DNA of 64,000 nucleotides from a virus (Duplodnaviria; Heunggongvirae; Uroviricota; Caudoviricetes): IMG/VR virus record IMGVR_UViG_2571042206_000004; one strand, 5' to 3'. Shown piece by piece: positions 60,834 to 64,000 of this stretch (position 1 is its first letter; each line of letters starts with the position of its first letter). The notes under the pieces were generated by a model. It saw only the letters and a program-made list of their open reading frames with translations, ran no database searches and was not told where the DNA came from. The position numbers and the translations under genes were made by a program.

Positions 60834-63206
60834 ATGAACGTAACCAAGCGAAATGGCGCGACAGAACCTTTTTCACCATCAAAAATTGAAAAAGCAGTCA
60901 ACTGGGCTGTAGATGGAACGTCGGTCGAATCGCAAGAAGTGATTGATAAGGCAATTTTACTAATTTATGACGGTATCAAAACCAGTGACATTCAACAGGC
61001 ATTAATTAAAGGCGCTGCTAAGTTAGTGTCTGCAACCAAAGCTGATGCATCTTTGGTGTCTGCGCGTTTATTGCTGTTAGATTTATATAAAACCGTATGC
61101 GGTGTAAACGGCAAAGTCAGCGGTGGTGGCTTTCAGTATCCTCATATCAAAGATTATTTAGAAAAAGGCGTTTCTTTAAAACTGCTGGACCCTGAACTTT
61201 TAAACTATGACCTTGAGCGCATTAATGCCGCTATCAAGCCTGAGCGGGACTTATCATTCCACTACTTAGGGCTTGATACATTAGCCGACCGTTACTTTAT
61301 TCGTGCCAATCGCGATATTCGCCTAGAGAAAGAAACAGGCAATATGTCGGGTAATATTATCGAATTGCCACAGCATTTCTGGATGCGTGTAGCAATGGGT
61401 GTTGCCTTAAAAGAAAAACCTGAAATCCGTACTTCTGTAGCGCTGGCTTATTATGAGCTTTATTCGAAATTAGAATACGTCTCCTCTACCCCAACCCTAT
61501 TTAATGCTGGTACGTTACATCCTCAGTTATCAAGCTGTTACCTGAACCAAGTCTCAGACACCATTGCTGCTGATGAAGGTGATAACCGCTTTGCTTCTAT
61601 TTTTGGAGCAATTGAAGAAACGGCGTTACTTTCTAAGTTTGCGGGCGGTATTGGTACAGACTGGACGCCAGTACGCGGTGAAAATGAATTAATTTTTGGA
61701 ACCAATGGTATTTCAAGTGGTGTAGTTCCATATATCAAGGTCCAGAACAATACCGCAGTTGCCGTAAACCAAGGCGGTAAACGTAAGGGTTCGGTTGCCC
61801 CATACTTAGAAGCTTGGCATCCAGACTTTATGGCGTTTTGTGAGCTTAAAAGAGAATCTGGTGACGACCGCCGCCGTGCTCATGACGTATTCCCTGCCGC
61901 TTGGGTTCCTGATCTCTTGATCGAACGCAAAGAAGATCCAAATGCCATGTGGTCTTTCTTCTCGCCTAAACGCTTCCCTGAATTGCATGAACTTTACGGC
62001 GAAGATTTCGTTAAACGCTATGAAGAACTAGAAGCCGCTGGTGAATATGATTTCCAACTTCCGGCTATTCAGGTATGGCGCCATTTGTTGACCAATTTAT
62101 TTGAAACAGGTCATCCTTGGATCACTTACAAAGATGAATGTAACCGCCGTAATCCTCAACAACATGCAGGCGTTATTCATCACAGTAACTTGTGTACTGA
62201 AATTACGTTAAATACATCTAAAGACGAAACAGCGGTATGCAATTTAGGTTCTATTAACCTTTCACAAGTAATGTCAGCTCCAAATCCTTTAGAAAGATTA
62301 CGTGAAGTTATCCGCTTGGCTATTCGTAATTTGGATTCTGTAATTGACGTGAATTACTACCCTAGCGACCGCGCATCCAACTCTAACTTCAAACACCGCC
62401 CTATCGGCTTGGGTGTGATGGGTTATTACGAATGGCTGGTAAAACAAGGTGTGGATTTCGAAAGCGAAGAACACTTAAAGCAAGCTGACGCATTGTTTGA
62501 GGCAATTTCTTACTTTGCTATCGAGGCTTCAGCAGACTTGGCTCAAGAACGCGGTTCATATCCATCATTTGAAGGTTCTAACTGGTCTAAAGGTATCTTG
62601 CCAATCGATAACGCCAAATTGATGGAAGACGGCAAACCATTCTTTGATCAACCTCGTCGATTCGACTGGGAGGCTTTACGTGAAAAAGTCAAAAAAGGGA
62701 TGCGTAACTCGAACGTTATGGCGATTGCGCCGACTGCAACGATTTCGAATATTGCAGGAACAACTCAATGCACAGAACCGCCGTTCTTGCTTGAATACTT
62801 CAAGTCTAACCTAGGTGGTACTTACCAAGTCGTCGATCCTGCAATTGCTCATGTCGGTGACAAATATCACTTGCTCAAAGAATCGTATTATGTCGACCAA
62901 CTCTACATCATTAAGGCAGCCGCAGTTCGTCAAAAGTGGATTGACCAGTCTCAATCAACTAACCTCTTTGCAAAACAAGGTACAACTGGTCGTGATTTAG
63001 ATTTGTGGTATACAACAGCTAAAAAACTTGGCTTGAAAACCACTTACTACTTACGCAATCAATCTGATGCAGAGAAGAGCGCTTCAATGCGAACCAAAGT
63101 TATTGCGGAATTAGCTAACGCAGCTTTAGGCAAACTTTCAGAACCAACTGAAAGCGCACCAAAGATGTGTTCAATTCTCGATCCAGATTGTGAAAGCTGC
63201 CAGTAA
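60834..63206 (+). CDS. nrdA: Class Ia ribonucleotide reductase large subunit with ATP cone
   Basis: VTKRNG ATP cone, TPTLFNAG, SSCY, SNLCTEI, CNLGS, APTAT, LKTTYY, C-terminal CESC. Confidence 0.95.
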   Translation: MNVTKRNGATEPFSPSKIEKAVNWAVDGTSVESQEVIDKAILLIYDGIKTSDIQQALIKGAAKLVSATKADASLVSARLLLLDLYKTVCGVNGKVSGGGFQYPHIKDYLEKGVSLKLLDPELLNYDLERINAAIKPERDLSFHYLGLDTLADRYFIRANRDIRLEKETGNMSGNIIELPQHFWMRVAMGVALKEKPEIRTSVALAYYELYSKLEYVSSTPTLFNAGTLHPQLSSCYLNQVSDTIAADEGDNRFASIFGAIEETALLSKFAGGIGTDWTPVRGENELIFGTNGISSGVVPYIKVQNNTAVAVNQGGKRKGSVAPYLEAWHPDFMAFCELKRESGDDRRRAHDVFPAAWVPDLLIERKEDPNAMWSFFSPKRFPELHELYGEDFVKRYEELEAAGEYDFQLPAIQVWRHLLTNLFETGHPWITYKDECNRRNPQQHAGVIHHSNLCTEITLNTSKDETAVCNLGSINLSQVMSAPNPLERLREVIRLAIRNLDSVIDVNYYPSDRASNSNFKHRPIGLGVMGYYEWLVKQGVDFESEEHLKQADALFEAISYFAIEASADLAQERGSYPSFEGSNWSKGILPIDNAKLMEDGKPFFDQPRRFDWEALREKVKKGMRNSNVMAIAPTATISNIAGTTQCTEPPFLLEYFKSNLGGTYQVVDPAIAHVGDKYHLLKESYYVDQLYIIKAAAVRQKWIDQSQSTNLFAKQGTTGRDLDLWYTTAKKLGLKTTYYLRNQSDAEKSASMRTKVIAELANAALGKLSEPTESAPKMCSILDPDCESCQ

Positions 63207-63233
63207 AACTTTTTTAATTTAGGCGCAAATATT

Positions 63234-63247
63234 AGTAAGCGCTTACT
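63234..63247. promoter_or_regulatory. 14 bp operator, AGTAA subtype (perfect)
   Basis: AGTAAGCGCTTACT, overlapping TATAAT at 63247-63252. Confidence 0.8.
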
Positions 63248-63253
63248 ATAATT

Positions 63254-63285
63254 ATAGGGATGAAAAGTTCATCCCTATTTTATTT
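63254..63285 (+). terminator. Intrinsic terminator between nrdA and nrdB
   Basis: ATAGGGATGAA-AAG-TTCATCCCTAT then TTTATTT. Confidence 0.7.
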
Positions 63286-63303
63286 GTGAGTATTAAAGAA
63301 ATT

Positions 63304-64000
63304 ATGACTTACGCAAATCGTATTAATGACCGACGTCTAATTTTAGGTCCCAAGGATGACCTAATGGCAATTAGCCCGATGAAGCATACATGGGCAAAAG
63401 GCATTCTCGACCGCATGGAAAATAATACGTGGTTTCCGCATGTCGTAAATATGGCAGATGATGTTGCCAGTTATAACCGCTTAAATGCCGCAGATCGTTT
63501 CATGTTTGATAAAGCATTAGCTTTCTTGTCAAACCTAGACGGCATTCAATTCAACAACATCAACCAGAATATTGCAAAACACGTAACCTCTCCGGAAGTT
63601 TCCATGTGTTTGTCACGTCAAGCATGGGAAGAAGCGCTACACGTCAAATCATACGCCACGATCATTGAGACAGTCAGTCTTGATCCAATGAGCGTTTACA
63701 TGACATTTGAACGTGATGGGTTATTGGCTCAAAAAAACCAGTTCATTCTCAAACAGTCGCGATTACTCGGTGAAAAATTCTCGGCTGAAGGTTTTGCCCT
63801 TTCATGTGTATCAAACGTCTTGCTTGAAGGTGTTTATTTCTTCTCAGGTTTCCTTTCGTTCTATCTGCTTGCCGATAAGGGTGAAATGTTAGGTTCAGCC
63901 GACATGATTCGCTATATCCAACGTGATGAAGAAGGAACGCACCTAGATTTGTTCGCACATATGCTAGACACCCTTCGTCACGAAAATAAAGACGTCTTTA
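63304..64000 (+). CDS. nrdB: Ribonucleotide reductase small subunit, truncated by the window end (not in ORF track)
   Basis: Open frame translated by hand: W.P..V.M.DD, LAFLSNLDGIQ, EEALH..SY, LEG.YF.SGF, YIQRDE. Confidence 0.92.
   Translation, partial: MTYANRINDRRLILGPKDDLMAISPMKHTWAKGILDRMENNTWFPHVVNMADDVASYNRLNAADRFMFDKALAFLSNLDGIQFNNINQNIAKHVTSPEVSMCLSRQAWEEALHVKSYATIIETVSLDPMSVYMTFERDGLLAQKNQFILKQSRLLGEKFSAEGFALSCVSNVLLEGVYFFSGFLSFYLLADKGEMLGSADMIRYIQRDEEGTHLDLFAHMLDTLRHENKDVF

Noticed and set aside
1-64000. tRNA, rRNA, IS elements, resistance genes, XerC/D pdif sites
   Set aside because: None recognised by eye; tRNAscan-SE, ISfinder and a pdif scan would be needed to exclude them formally.

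Overview
This is a 64 kb slice of a large temperate siphovirus that is also a plasmid, i.e. a phage-plasmid with SSU5/pHCM2-like organisation. The gene set is most consistent with the Acinetobacter ~110 kb phage-plasmids; the host is an inference and was not searched. Left to right: (1) a lambda-like tail module with a 1914 aa tape measure and a 3891 aa modular central fibre; (2) a small lipoprotein cassette and lysis genes; (3) an iteron/DnaA-box origin with a Rep_3 initiator; (4) an Hfq/Sm-like gene, DnaB helicase, primase, ligase and kinase; (5) a type Ib partition pair, tyrosine recombinase and XRE repressor; (6) a vWA/AAA+ pair and a sigma70-like gene; (7) a T4-style replication, recombination and nucleotide block (DnaE, UvsY-like, gp32-like SSB, 5' exonuclease, intein-containing RecA, SbcCD, RuvC, NrdAB, with nrdB cut by the window end). 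Most notable: (a) dnaE is broken in two by a free-standing HNH endonuclease, and the broken ends carry what looks like a catalytically dead split-intein remnant that could hold the halves together without splicing; (b) the C-terminal DnaE half is fused to a degenerate family-4 UDG-like domain; (c) the phage encodes an Hfq-like protein; (d) 17 copies of a 14 bp palindrome (AGTMAGYRCTKACT) lie almost all in intergenic promoter regions, in two positionally segregated subtypes. All family calls come from motif recognition by eye; no database search was run.
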